Source: an uncultured delta proteobacterium (GTDB lineage: Bacteria; Myxococcota; UBA727; VGSZ01). Taken from it: 64,000 bases of DNA. The translations under genes were made by a program, and so were the position numbers. Of the stretch, positions 54,712 through 64,000 are shown piece after piece; position 1 is the stretch's first letter; each line of letters starts with the position of its first letter. Under the pieces are notes generated by a model. It ran no database searches. It was not told the DNA's origin and saw only the letters and a program-made list of their open reading frames with translations. The stretch lies in contig CAVZJB010000016.1 in assembly GCA_963775425.1 (NCBI GenBank), positions 544,001 to 608,000 of the forward strand, written 5' to 3'.

Positions 54712-55061
54712 TCCACGTCGCTTGCCCCGCGTGCAAGAAGGTCCACGACTTCGACGGCATGGTGCCGTTCCGCGCCGAGTGCGACGCGTGCAGCGCCGAC
54801 CTCCACGTGTGCCTCACGTGCCGCTTCTACGACCGCTACGCCGAAAACGAGTGCCGCGAGGACCAGGCGGACCCCGTGCAAAACAAGGACCGCAGGAACC
54901 TCTGCGAGTACTGGAAGCCGCGCGACGACGACGACGCCGGCGACGACGCCGCCCGCGCCAAGGCGAAGCTCGCGGCGCTCTTCTCCGGCGCGGCCGCGCC
55001 CGCTGACGAGCCGGCGGACGAGGCCCGGCGCAAGCTCGAGGCCCTCTTCAAGAAGAAGTAG
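54702..55061 (+). CDS. Small 8-Cys zinc-binding hypothetical protein
   Basis: CPAC, CDAC, LHVCLTCRFYD...CRE...NLCEYW, ending LEALFKKK. Confidence 0.8.
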   Translation: MALIHVACPACKKVHDFDGMVPFRAECDACSADLHVCLTCRFYDRYAENECREDQADPVQNKDRRNLCEYWKPRDDDDAGDDAARAKAKLAALFSGAAAPADEPADEARRKLEALFKKK

Positions 55062-55112
55062 GCGCGGCGTCTCACGCGCCCGTCGCCGGCGCCGACGGGC
55101 TAGGCTCGCGGC

Positions 55113-56129
55113 ATGCTTGCTTCCGCCGCCGCCGTCTTCGTCGCCGCCGTGCTCCTCGCCGTCGAGGACAGCGCGCGCGCGTCGCCGTTCCTGCCGCTGC
55201 TCGCCGTCTTGTTGGCGCTGCCCGTCATCGGCCGGTCGCGGCGCTTCGTCGGGGTGTCTCTCACGGTCGCTGCCGCCGCGTGGGCGGTGGGCTGGGCTGC
55301 GTTCAGCGTCGACCTGCCGGACGCCGCGTTCTTCCTCCCGTTCGGGCTCGCGCTCTGCGTCGCGGCGCTCGAGGAGCGGCGCGCCTCGGGTCGAGCGGCG
55401 GGGGTCGGCGCGCTCGCCGCCGCCGCGCTCGGGGTGGCCGCCGTCGTCGTGTCCGCCCTCCGGCCGTTCCATGGTGACGTCGTCATCTTCGCCAAACTGC
55501 TGCTCGTCGTCGGCTGCGCGCGGCTCCTCGCGGGCGCCACCCGCCGCAGCGGCGGTCCGCTCCCCGTCGGCGGCGCCGCGGCCATCTTCGTCGCCGCGGG
55601 CATCCAGGCCGCGGTGCTGGCGGCGCTGCCGTCGTTCCACACGGCGCACCCGCTCTTGTCGACGTGGGCGGATATCGCCGCCGCTTCCGTCGCGAGCGTC
55701 GCCACCCTCCTCGCCGTCCGCCGCGCCGGCCTCTCGCGCGCTGGCCTCGTCATGGCCGCGGCGCTGTGCGTGCCGGCGTTCTTCCTGGCGGCGACGCTCG
55801 CGATGCCCGTGTTTGCGGACTTCGGCGGCGCGCTGCCCGCCGCTGTGCAGGCGTCGCTCGACGCGGGCCTCGCGGCCTCCGCGAACGGGGGCGTGGGCTG
55901 GATCGCCGCGACGACGTCGCTGCCGTTGGCGCTCCTGGCCGTCGCCGGCGCGGACCGGCGCCGCGCCGGCGTCGTCGTCGCGCTCCATGGGGCGCGCGTC
56001 GCCCTGTGCTGCGCGACGCCGCACGCGCTGGCGCCGTCGTTGGTCCTGCTCGCCGCCGCGCTCGTCCTGGCCACGCGCGGTGCCGTCTCGGGTCAGCCGC
56101 CGGTCTCGGCCGCGACCCAGCTCGCGTAG
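55113..56129 (+). CDS. Hypothetical multi-pass membrane protein
   Basis: Highly hydrophobic 338-aa ORF. Confidence 0.55.
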   Translation: MLASAAAVFVAAVLLAVEDSARASPFLPLLAVLLALPVIGRSRRFVGVSLTVAAAAWAVGWAAFSVDLPDAAFFLPFGLALCVAALEERRASGRAAGVGALAAAALGVAAVVVSALRPFHGDVVIFAKLLLVVGCARLLAGATRRSGGPLPVGGAAAIFVAAGIQAAVLAALPSFHTAHPLLSTWADIAAASVASVATLLAVRRAGLSRAGLVMAAALCVPAFFLAATLAMPVFADFGGALPAAVQASLDAGLAASANGGVGWIAATTSLPLALLAVAGADRRRAGVVVALHGARVALCCATPHALAPSLVLLAAALVLATRGAVSGQPPVSAATQLA

Positions 56130-56434
56130 GCCGGCAGCGCCGCGTCGACGGGGAGCGCGATCAGCTCCGGCACGTCGTACGGGTGAAGCTCCCTCACGCG
56201 CGCGGTGACGGCGGGGACGCGGGTGGCCACCGTCTTCATCACGAGGAGCACCTCGCCGGCCTCCTCCACCGCCCCCTGCCAGCGATAGATGCTCGTCACG
56301 CCGGCGACGAGGTTGACGCACGCGACCAGGCGCTCCTCGACGAGCGCTCTCGCGATGCGCCGGGCGGTGTCGGCGTCCGGCGCCGTGCAGAGCGCGACGC
56401 GCAGCGCGCCCGGGGCGGGATCGCGCGCGGTCAT
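56093..56434 (-). CDS. cutA: Divalent-cation tolerance protein CutA
   Basis: LVEERLVACVN, SIYRWQG and HPYDVPELI. Confidence 0.93.
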   Translation of the reverse strand: MTARDPAPGALRVALCTAPDADTARRIARALVEERLVACVNLVAGVTSIYRWQGAVEEAGEVLLVMKTVATRVPAVTARVRELHPYDVPELIALPVDAALPAYASWVAAETGG

Positions 56435-57027
56435 CGCGGCCCCCGCGGCGCGACGAGGAGCTCGGCGACGCGGCCGTCGAGCGGCGCGGCGCCGTCGTCG
56501 TTGCGCACGCGCGCGCCGGTGAGGATGAGCCCGCGCGCGAGGAGGCACGACTCGACCGCCGCGCGCAGCAGGATGAGCGCGTCGGCCACCTGCGCGCCCG
56601 TGAGCACCCCGACGGCGCCGAAGCGCACCTCGAGACCCGTGCGCTCCGGCGTGGGCCGCAACTGCGCCGCCGGGAGCCCGGCCGCCTCGCTCAGATCGGC
56701 GACGACGCGCACGAGCTCCGCGAGCACCGAGGCGAAGCGCACGTCGTCGACGTGGTGACCGAGCACGGGACGCGGATCCGCCGCGTCGGCCGCGAAGGAG
56801 AACACCGCCGCCAGCGTGCCGCGCAGCAGCGGCGCGGCCTCGGGATCCGGCGGCGCCTCCGTCGAGCCGAGGGCGAGCGGCGCGGGGAGCCAGCGCGACA
56901 CGAGCGGCGCGCCGCGCCGGCGCACGACCTCGTCGCCGGCGCCCTGGACGCGATCCGCCCACACCGGCGCCCACAGGACGCCGAGCGAGCCGTCGGCGCG
57001 CGGGACGATCCATTGCACGAGCTCCAT
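56431..57027 (-). CDS. Hypothetical protein
   Basis: ATG with a GAGGAGG RBS. Its stop overlaps the cutA start. Confidence 0.6.
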   Translation of the reverse strand: MELVQWIVPRADGSLGVLWAPVWADRVQGAGDEVVRRRGAPLVSRWLPAPLALGSTEAPPDPEAAPLLRGTLAAVFSFAADAADPRPVLGHHVDDVRFASVLAELVRVVADLSEAAGLPAAQLRPTPERTGLEVRFGAVGVLTGAQVADALILLRAAVESCLLARGLILTGARVRNDDGAAPLDGRVAELLVAPRGPR

Positions 57028-57101
57028 CGCGTCGCCTCCTCATGAGCCGCCCTCGCGCGCGGCATCGCCAGCCATCCCCGAAACGGTTAGCATCGTCGTG
57101 G

Positions 57102-57899
57102 ATGACCCGCGTCCTCGTCCTCCGCACCGGTCAAGCGGTCAATCGGGTGCACGCCCACTGCGGGCCGTTCTTCCAGCTCTTCGAGCGCGGGCTCAACGCG
57201 GACGGGCACGCAGAGCACGTGGCCGTCGACGAGCTCGACGTCACCTGTCGCCGGTCGGGCGATGCGATGCCGCCCCTCGATCGCTATCACGGAGCCGTGA
57301 TGACGGGCTCGCCCGCGTTCGTCGGCGATCAGGAGCCGTGGATGCGCTACGGCGAAGACCTCCTCGGGTTCCTGTTGAAACGCGAGATCCCGCTGTTGTG
57401 CGTGTGCTTCGGGCACCAGCTCCTCGGGCTCGCCCTCGGCGCCGAGGTCGGGCCCAACCCGCGCGGCCGCGAGATGGGCACCATCGACATCGAGCTCGCC
57501 CCCGACGACGGCGATCCGCTGCTCGGCCACCTGCCCCGCCGCTTCGAGGCGCAGTGCACGCACCGCGACGTCGTGCAGAAGGCGGGCGCGCGCCTGCGCG
57601 TCGTCGGCACGTCGTCGCACGATCCGCACCACGTCGTGCGCGCCGGGCCGCGCGCGTGGGGGCTGCAGTTCCACCCCGAGTTCGACGACGTCACCATGCG
57701 CCTGTACCTCGAGGTGCGCCGCGACGTCCTCGACGGCGAGCTCGGCTCGGGGGCGTGCGATCGCCGCATCGCGCGCGTGCGCGCCACGCCGCACGCGTCC
57801 TCCGTGCTCACGCGCTTCGCGCAGATCTGCCGCGACGAGCGCGTCGCCCGCGGCGACCCCGTCGAGACCCAGGGCGAAGGAGCCGTGCATGGCGCCTGA
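57102..57899 (+). CDS. Class I glutamine amidotransferase (YfeJ-like)
   Basis: MTGSP, CVCFGHQLL and WGLQFHPEF. Confidence 0.9.
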   Translation: MTRVLVLRTGQAVNRVHAHCGPFFQLFERGLNADGHAEHVAVDELDVTCRRSGDAMPPLDRYHGAVMTGSPAFVGDQEPWMRYGEDLLGFLLKREIPLLCVCFGHQLLGLALGAEVGPNPRGREMGTIDIELAPDDGDPLLGHLPRRFEAQCTHRDVVQKAGARLRVVGTSSHDPHHVVRAGPRAWGLQFHPEFDDVTMRLYLEVRRDVLDGELGSGACDRRIARVRATPHASSVLTRFAQICRDERVARGDPVETQGEGAVHGA

Positions 57900-58857
57900 C
57901 GGCTCGCAACGTCACGCAAGGCCGCGCGCGGCCGCGCGCACGCAGCCGCGGGAGGAGCGCATCCAGGCGCCCGACGGCACGTCGCTGTTCGTGCGCGCGT
58001 GGGACGCGCCCGGCGGCGCGCCGCTCATCCTGTGCGACGGGCTCGGCTGCGACGGCTTCGTGTGGCGCTACATCGTCGAGCGCTTCGCGGGCGAGCGACC
58101 GCTGGTGCACGTGCACTACCGCGGCCATGGGCGCTCCGAGGTCCCGCGCGACCTCGACAGCGCGTGCATCGAGGTGGTCGTCGACGACATGGCCTGGGTG
58201 CTCGACGCCGTCGGCGTGGACAAGGGCGTGTGGCTCGGCCACTCGATGGGCGTGCAGGTCTGCCTCGAGGCCGTGCGCCGCCTGCCCGCGCGCGTGACGG
58301 GCCTGGGCCTGCTGTGCGGCTCCTTCGAGAGGCCGATCGACACGTGGCACCACGCGTTCTTCGAGGGCGACGACGCCCCGCTCGGCAACCGCTTGATGCG
58401 CCGCGTGTTCCCCGACCTCACGCGCACCTTCATCGAGCACTGGGGCAAGCTGCAGCCGGTGTGGCGCGCGATCGTGTCGTCGGAGCTCGTGTTCGGCGCC
58501 ACCGTGAACAGCGAGCTCAACCCGGACCTCGTGCGCCACGAGGACTTCCGGCCCTACATGCATCACCTCGCGAACATGGACATGCGCGTGTTCGCGCGGC
58601 TCGCGCGCTCGTTGAGTGAGCACTCCACCCGCGACCTGCTGCCGCACATCGACGTCCCCACCCTCATCGTCGGCGGCGGGCGCGATCGCTTCGCGCCGCT
58701 GTGGGTGTCCGAGGAGATGCACCGGCTCATCCCCGACAGCGAGATCCTCCGCCTGGTGCAGGGCTCGCACACGGCGCCCATCGAAGAGCCGCGCCTGGTG
58801 GAGCGCGCCCTGCTCCGCCTGCTCGCCCGCCTCCCTCCGGTCGACGATGCTGGCTAG
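57889..58857 (+). CDS. Alpha/beta hydrolase
   Basis: YRGHGRS, GHSMG nucleophile elbow, GGRD and GSH. Confidence 0.92.
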   Translation: MAPDGSQRHARPRAAARTQPREERIQAPDGTSLFVRAWDAPGGAPLILCDGLGCDGFVWRYIVERFAGERPLVHVHYRGHGRSEVPRDLDSACIEVVVDDMAWVLDAVGVDKGVWLGHSMGVQVCLEAVRRLPARVTGLGLLCGSFERPIDTWHHAFFEGDDAPLGNRLMRRVFPDLTRTFIEHWGKLQPVWRAIVSSELVFGATVNSELNPDLVRHEDFRPYMHHLANMDMRVFARLARSLSEHSTRDLLPHIDVPTLIVGGGRDRFAPLWVSEEMHRLIPDSEILRLVQGSHTAPIEEPRLVERALLRLLARLPPVDDAG

Positions 58858-61789
58858 CGCGGGGCTGGCGGCGGCCGCGCTCGTGGCGAGCGTGGCCGCG
58901 CCCGGCCTCGAGTGGCACACGCTGCACACCGCCTGCTGCGACGTCCACTACCCGAGACAGCTCGAGCACGTCGCGCGGCGGGTGGCGGTCATCGCCGACG
59001 AGAGCGTCAAGAACGCGAGCGACTTCCTGAAGAGCGCGCCGGCGGAGCGCGTACAGATCGTGCTCCACGACGTGCTCGACACGCCCAACGGCTTCACCAA
59101 CGTCGTCCCCTACGACAGCGTCGACCTGCGCACCATCACGCCGGAGAGCGACAGCGAGCTGTCGAACACCGACGAGTACCTGCGGCTGCTCGTGCAGCAC
59201 GAGATCATGCACATCGTCCACCTCGACGACATCCACGGCTTCCCCTCGGTGGTGAACCTGGTGGTGGGCAAGGTGTGGCCGCCGAACCTGGTGCAGCCGC
59301 GCTTCGTCGTGGAGGGGTTGGCGGTGCTCGCGGAGACGCGCTTCACCGGCGGCGGCCGGCTGCGCTCCACGCTCTTTTCGAGCGACCTCCTCATCGCCGC
59401 GCTGAACGGCGACCTGTGGTCCCTCGACGACGTCTCGAGCTACTCGCGCAGAAACCCCGGCGGCGGCGGCGCGTACGCCTACGGCGCGGAGCTCATCGAC
59501 TGGCTGTCGCGCAAGTACGGCGCGGGCATCTGGGCGGCGGTGGCGCGCGACTACGGCGGCACCATCATCCCCTTCGCCGTGCAGAGGAGCATCGAGAAGG
59601 TCACGGGGCACAGCCTCGACGACGACTACCGGCTCTTCCTCGACGACGTGCGCGCGGACGCGGAGCGGCTACGGGCGGCGGCGGCGGCGCGCGGAGGCCC
59701 GACGAGGGCCCGCCGACTCACGCGCTTCGGCGGCGTCATCCACACGCCGCGGTTCGACGACGGCGGCGCGCTGTTGTTCGGGCTGAACGCGCCCGACCAG
59801 GCGGCGGGCGTCTACGCGATCGCCGGGCTGCCGGGCGCCGTGCCCGTGGCCGCGCCGGTGCTGCGCGTGAACGAGGCCGCGGACCTCGCACTCCTCGGCG
59901 ACACGCTGGTGCTCGCGCAGACGGAGACCACGCGCGGGTACTACTCCTTCCACGATCTGTGGCGCGCGGACCTCGCCGGCGGGCCGCGTGCCCCCGCCCG
60001 AGGCCCGCCGGCCTCGTGGCGCGGCGGCACGTCCGCCGCGGGACCGGCGCTGCGGCGCGTCACCCGCGAGGCCAGGCTGCGGGCGCCGAGCGCGGTGCCG
60101 GGGACGCGGCTCGTCGTGGCCGAGCAGCGCTCGGCGGGCAGCGCAGCGCTGGTGGTGGTCGACGTCGACACTGGCGCCACCCGCGACCTCGTTCGCTCCG
60201 ACACGGGCACCCTGTGGTACTCGCCCGACGTGTCGCCCGACGGCGCGCGCGTCGCCGCGTCGCGATGGACGCCGGGCGGCGCGCGGCAGGTCGTCGAGAT
60301 AGACATGGCGGCGGACGCCCAGGGCGTACACCGCGAGCGCGTGCTCACCGACGACGGCGCCCAGAACCTCGACCCCGCCTGGTGCCACGGCGACGACGAC
60401 GGCTGGGTGCTGTTCTCCAGTGACCGCGAGGGGCTGTTCTCCATCTACGCCGTGAACCGCGTGACGCGCGAGGTGCGCCGCATCGTCGACTCGCTCGGCC
60501 TGGCCAAGGCGCCGCGCCCGACGCCCGACGAGCGCGGCGTCGTCTACGTCGACACGCACCTCGACGGAAACGACCTCTACGCCGCCCCCCTCGACATCGC
60601 CCACGCCCCGGTGGTGGGCCCCGCGCGGCCGGCCCCCGCGCCGCACGCGCTCACGCGTGAGAGCACCGCGCCCGCGGAGCGCTACAACGCCTTCCCCACG
60701 CTCGTCCCGCACTACTACATCCCGCTCCTCGCCACCGACGCCGCCGGCGGCACGGCGCTCGGGCTCTCCGTCGTCGGGCAGGACGCCGTCGGCGAGCTCT
60801 CGTTCGCCGCCCAGGCGTCGTGGGGCTTCGCCGTCGAGCGCCCCCACCTCGCCGCCTCGATGCGCTTCCTCGACTCCCCGCTGCCGATCACGGTCTCGTC
60901 GGAGCTGCGCACGGATCGCAGCAGCCGGTTCCGACGCACCGACGGCCAACCCGACGTCCAGCAGGAGACCGTGCTCTCCGCCGGCGCCAATTTCTCTTTG
61001 CCTTTCATGCGCAGCCGCCGCTACGCGCACTCGCTCGCCATCGGCTACAACCGCGAGTTCCACGTCGTCGAAAACCCGCTGACGTCTCCGCCCGACGCCG
61101 CCCACGCCCCGCAGTACCCGCCGAACCGCAACATCGGCGCGCTCACGCTCGACTGGGGCTACTCGGGCATCGAGTCCTACAGAGACTCCATCAGCAACGA
61201 GCGCGGCTTCACCAGCTTCCTCCACCTCCGCCACGCGGACCGCTTCACCTTCTCCGAGGTCGACCTCACCGAGGTCAGCGTCGACGCGCGCGACTTCGTG
61301 CCTGTCCCCGGCCTCGGCGGCCACGTCATCGGTCTGTACCTCCAGGGCGGCGTCGCGTTCGGCGACAAGCGCGTGCGCTCGAGCTTTTTCCTCGGCGGCT
61401 TTTCGGACCGGGACATCACGAGCGATCTCCTCACCGGGGCCCGCAGCGGCGCCGGCGTGCTGCGCGGCTACCCGCGCGGCGTCGTCGTCGGCGACGCGTT
61501 CACCCTCGGCACCCTCGAGTACCGCCTGCCGCTCCTCGAGGTCGAGCACGGCGCCTCCACGCTCCCCCTGTTCCTCGATCGCATCCACGCGGCCGCCTTC
61601 ACCGACCTCGGCATGGCGTTCGACGGCGCCCCCGTGCCCACGCGGGTGCTCGCCAGCGTCGGCGTCGAGCTGCGCATGCAGGTGGTGCTCGCCTACTACG
61701 GACTGTTCTTCGTCCGCATCGGCTACGCGCGCGGCGTCTCGGCGGGCGGCGTGGACCAACCGTATGCGGTCCTCGGGTTTCCATATTGA
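58847..61789 (+). CDS. Omp85/BamA-like barrel with N-terminal zinc-peptidase-like (HExxH) and PD40/TolB-like propeller domains
   Basis: HEIMH...EGLA, SPDVSPDG/DPAW/FSSDR propeller repeats, and C-terminal LRGY and LEYRLP barrel strands. ATG at 58847. Confidence 0.82.
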   Translation: MLASAGLAAAALVASVAAPGLEWHTLHTACCDVHYPRQLEHVARRVAVIADESVKNASDFLKSAPAERVQIVLHDVLDTPNGFTNVVPYDSVDLRTITPESDSELSNTDEYLRLLVQHEIMHIVHLDDIHGFPSVVNLVVGKVWPPNLVQPRFVVEGLAVLAETRFTGGGRLRSTLFSSDLLIAALNGDLWSLDDVSSYSRRNPGGGGAYAYGAELIDWLSRKYGAGIWAAVARDYGGTIIPFAVQRSIEKVTGHSLDDDYRLFLDDVRADAERLRAAAAARGGPTRARRLTRFGGVIHTPRFDDGGALLFGLNAPDQAAGVYAIAGLPGAVPVAAPVLRVNEAADLALLGDTLVLAQTETTRGYYSFHDLWRADLAGGPRAPARGPPASWRGGTSAAGPALRRVTREARLRAPSAVPGTRLVVAEQRSAGSAALVVVDVDTGATRDLVRSDTGTLWYSPDVSPDGARVAASRWTPGGARQVVEIDMAADAQGVHRERVLTDDGAQNLDPAWCHGDDDGWVLFSSDREGLFSIYAVNRVTREVRRIVDSLGLAKAPRPTPDERGVVYVDTHLDGNDLYAAPLDIAHAPVVGPARPAPAPHALTRESTAPAERYNAFPTLVPHYYIPLLATDAAGGTALGLSVVGQDAVGELSFAAQASWGFAVERPHLAASMRFLDSPLPITVSSELRTDRSSRFRRTDGQPDVQQETVLSAGANFSLPFMRSRRYAHSLAIGYNREFHVVENPLTSPPDAAHAPQYPPNRNIGALTLDWGYSGIESYRDSISNERGFTSFLHLRHADRFTFSEVDLTEVSVDARDFVPVPGLGGHVIGLYLQGGVAFGDKRVRSSFFLGGFSDRDITSDLLTGARSGAGVLRGYPRGVVVGDAFTLGTLEYRLPLLEVEHGASTLPLFLDRIHAAAFTDLGMAFDGAPVPTRVLASVGVELRMQVVLAYYGLFFVRIGYARGVSAGGVDQPYAVLGFPY

Positions 61790-61844
61790 GCGCGTCCGCC
61801 CGCGCGTTCACTGTCGGATCGCCGGTTGGGCTACAACGTTGCCG

Positions 61845-62617
61845 TGGTGCTCATCGCCCGTTCCGCAGGCGTCTCCGACGTCGGTCGCGTCCGCAAGCAC
61901 AACGAGGACTCGTACCTCATCGATGACGGCCTCGGGCTGTACGTCGTCGCCGACGGGATGGGGGGGCACGCCGGCGGCGAGGTGGCGTCGGCGGAGGCCA
62001 TCGATCAGATCTTCTCGATGGTGAAGCAGCGCAGCGACGTCATCGAGGCCCTGCGCCGCGCGAACAGCGACGAGGCCCGCGCCGCCGTGCGCCGCGCGGT
62101 GGAGGCGGCCATCCAGGCCGCGACCTACATGGTGTTCGGCATCGCCGAGCAGGATCCGGCGCGCAAAGGCATGGGCACCACCATCTCCACGCTCCTGTTC
62201 GTCGGGCCCACCGCGGTGGCCGGGCAGGTCGGCGACTCGCGCGTCTACCTCGTGCGCAGCGGCGTGCCCGTGCAGATCACGGAGGACCACACGCTGGTGA
62301 ACCTGCAGATCAAGGCGGGGGCGTTGACGCGCGAACAGGCGCGAACGGTCTCGTACCAGAACCTCATCACGCGCGCGGTGGGCGTGAAGGACTACGTCGA
62401 GGTCGACACCTTCGACCTCGAGTGCAAACCCGGCGACCGCTTCATCCTGTGCAGCGACGGCGTCCACGGCTACCTCGAGGACGAGACCGAGATCCTGCCG
62501 CTGTGCCAGATGACGATGACCAACGAGCAGAGCGCGCGGGCGCTGGTGGAGCACGCGCTCAAGCGCGGCGGCCGCGACAACGCCACCGCCATCGTCGTGG
62601 ACATCTTCACGGCGTGA
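61845..62617 (+). CDS. PP2C-family Ser/Thr phosphatase
   Basis: DVGRVRKHNED, VADGMGGH, VGDSR, CSDG and GGRDNAT. The start is approximate. Confidence 0.92.
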
Positions 62618-62641
62618 CGCTTCACGGCGTGACGCTTCACG
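62605..62641. repeat. 15-bp tandem repeat (CTTCACGGCGTGACG x ~2.5) spanning the phosphatase stop codon
   Basis: Directly visible in the sequence. Confidence 0.7.
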
Positions 62642-62644
62642 TCG

Positions 62645-63463
62645 TCAGCGGAAGGCTTCGTCGTCCAGGGCCGGCGGCGCCGTCCGCGCGATGGCCGACA
62701 TCTGGCGGCCGGTGGCCGCGCCCTTCCTCCTGGTGACGTCGCGGCGGTGCGAGAAGTACGCGTCCTCCTCCGTGAATGTGCAGCCGCCGACGCGCTCGAC
62801 GCGCTCGACGCCCGCTCTCCGCAGGAGCGCGACGCACAGCCCGCCCAGGTCGAGGAGCGCGCGGTCTCCCCCCGCCGGCGATGGCCGCACGAGGCCGTCG
62901 ACGTCGCCGGCGGCCGCACGCGCGGCGTCGACGACCTCGGGGCCGACCTCGAACGCGTCCGCGCCGATGCAGGGGCCCACGGCCGCGACCACGCGCGCCC
63001 GCGACGACGCCGACGGCGCGCAGAGCGCGGCGACGGTCTCTTCGAGCACGCCGCCGACGGCGCCGCGCCAGCCGGCGTGGGCCGCGGCCACGGCGCTGCC
63101 GTCGTCGAGGGCGAGCAGGACCGGCGCGCAGTCCGCGGTCCGCACGGCCACGGCGACGTCGGGCGCCGGCGTCACCAGCGCGTCGGCTTTGCGGGCGGCC
63201 ACTTCGAGCGGGTCCTCGCCGCCCGCGATCACCACCACGTCTCTGCCGTGCACCTGCGTGCACGCGTAGAGCGCGTCGCGCGGCACGCCGATCTGGAAGC
63301 GCACGCGCGCGAGGTTCTCCTCGACGCGGGCCGGGGCGTCCCCCACGGCGACGCTCGTGTTCAACGCCCGCCACGGGCTCGGCGAGGTGCCGCCGATGCG
63401 CTGAAAGAAGCGGTGCGACACCCCCGGCAGCGACGACAACAGCGGCGACGTCAGGCCGAGCAT
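62645..63463 (-). CDS. pgeF: Peptidoglycan editing factor PgeF/YfiH (purine nucleoside phosphorylase/laccase-like)
   Basis: QVHG, ADALVT, RTADCAPVL, AHAGWRG, GPCI and FSHRR. Confidence 0.9.
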   Translation of the reverse strand: MLGLTSPLLSSLPGVSHRFFQRIGGTSPSPWRALNTSVAVGDAPARVEENLARVRFQIGVPRDALYACTQVHGRDVVVIAGGEDPLEVAARKADALVTPAPDVAVAVRTADCAPVLLALDDGSAVAAAHAGWRGAVGGVLEETVAALCAPSASSRARVVAAVGPCIGADAFEVGPEVVDAARAAAGDVDGLVRPSPAGGDRALLDLGGLCVALLRRAGVERVERVGGCTFTEEDAYFSHRRDVTRRKGAATGRQMSAIARTAPPALDDEAFR

Positions 63464-63467
63464 CCCC

Positions 63468-64000
63468 TCACCTGCCCTTCAAGACGCCGACGCCGAGCCA
63501 GACGAGGCCGGCGAGCGCGATGGCGAACGCGACGATGGAGATGGGCGAGAAGCCGTGCCAGAGGTGCGGCCCGCGCTCCATGGTCAACGCGCCGGTCACC
63601 GACGCCGCCGCCGACACCAGCGCCACGCTCGCGCGGTTCATCGCGCGGACCACGCGCGTGACCTCGGCGCCGACGCCGTCGTGGCGCATGCGCAGGACGA
63701 GGTCGCCCTGCTCGAGCTTGCCGATGATGCGCTCGATCGAGTGCGGGAGCTCGCGCGCGAAGTCCACCAGGCGAATGCCCTCGATGACCGCCAGCTTCTT
63801 GATGCGCTCGCTCGAGTAGCGATCGCGGATGAGGGCCTCGATGTAGGGGCGCGCGGCCTCGATGGGGTTGATGCCCGCGGCGATGGTGCGGGCCAGGCCC
63901 TCCGTGGTGGCCATGGCCTTGAACATCATGGTGAAGTCGGAGGGCAAGCGCACCCCGTGCTTGACGGCGGCGTTGGCGAGGTCGCGGAAGAAGAGCGCGA
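63468..64000 (-). CDS. AarF/ABC1/UbiB kinase family protein, C-terminal part (5' end outside the window)
   Basis: HGVRLPSDFTMMFKAMATTEG...PYI, followed by a coiled region and two C-terminal TM helices. Confidence 0.8.
   Translation of the reverse strand, partial: ALFFRDLANAAVKHGVRLPSDFTMMFKAMATTEGLARTIAAGINPIEAARPYIEALIRDRYSSERIKKLAVIEGIRLVDFARELPHSIERIIGKLEQGDLVLRMRHDGVGAEVTRVVRAMNRASVALVSAAASVTGALTMERGPHLWHGFSPISIVAFAIALAGLVWLGVGVLKGR

Overview
A very GC-rich bacterial window, almost certainly from a Myxococcota-like deltaproteobacterium, judged by a MYXO-CTERM sorting signal, a complete Glt/Nfs-type envelope motility cluster and an FHA-GGDEF cyclase. It holds about 57 protein-coding genes. 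I found no rRNA, tRNA or CRISPR array. The best candidate for an undescribed system is a compact RiPP-like cassette at about 257-6637. It encodes an HprK-like kinase fused to a PqqD/RRE domain, a radical SAM enzyme with an incomplete SPASM domain, a 62-aa candidate precursor peptide (YxxP leader, two Cys, C-terminal Ser-Ser; its real TTG start is missed by the ORF track) and a surface-anchored gingipain-like C25 protease translationally coupled to that peptide. A contiguous gltA/B-C-D-E-F-G-H cluster carries duplicated gltF and gltG copies, and the second gltG is frameshifted at an 18-copy trinucleotide tract. A 1.9-kb gap inside that cluster is filled with GTAG-type REP palindromes and a 44-bp hairpin minisatellite. 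Other highlights are a DgcB-like FHA-GGDEF cyclase next to a PP2C-cNMP phosphatase, an SRCR-like Cys-rich lipoprotein, a 7xTIG plus 7xFG-GAP lipoprotein and a POTRA-less metallopeptidase/propeller Omp85. The rest is housekeeping: scoAB, psd, a UvrD-like helicase, typA, glpX, eno, cutA and pgeF. All family assignments come from motif recognition by eye; no database search was run.
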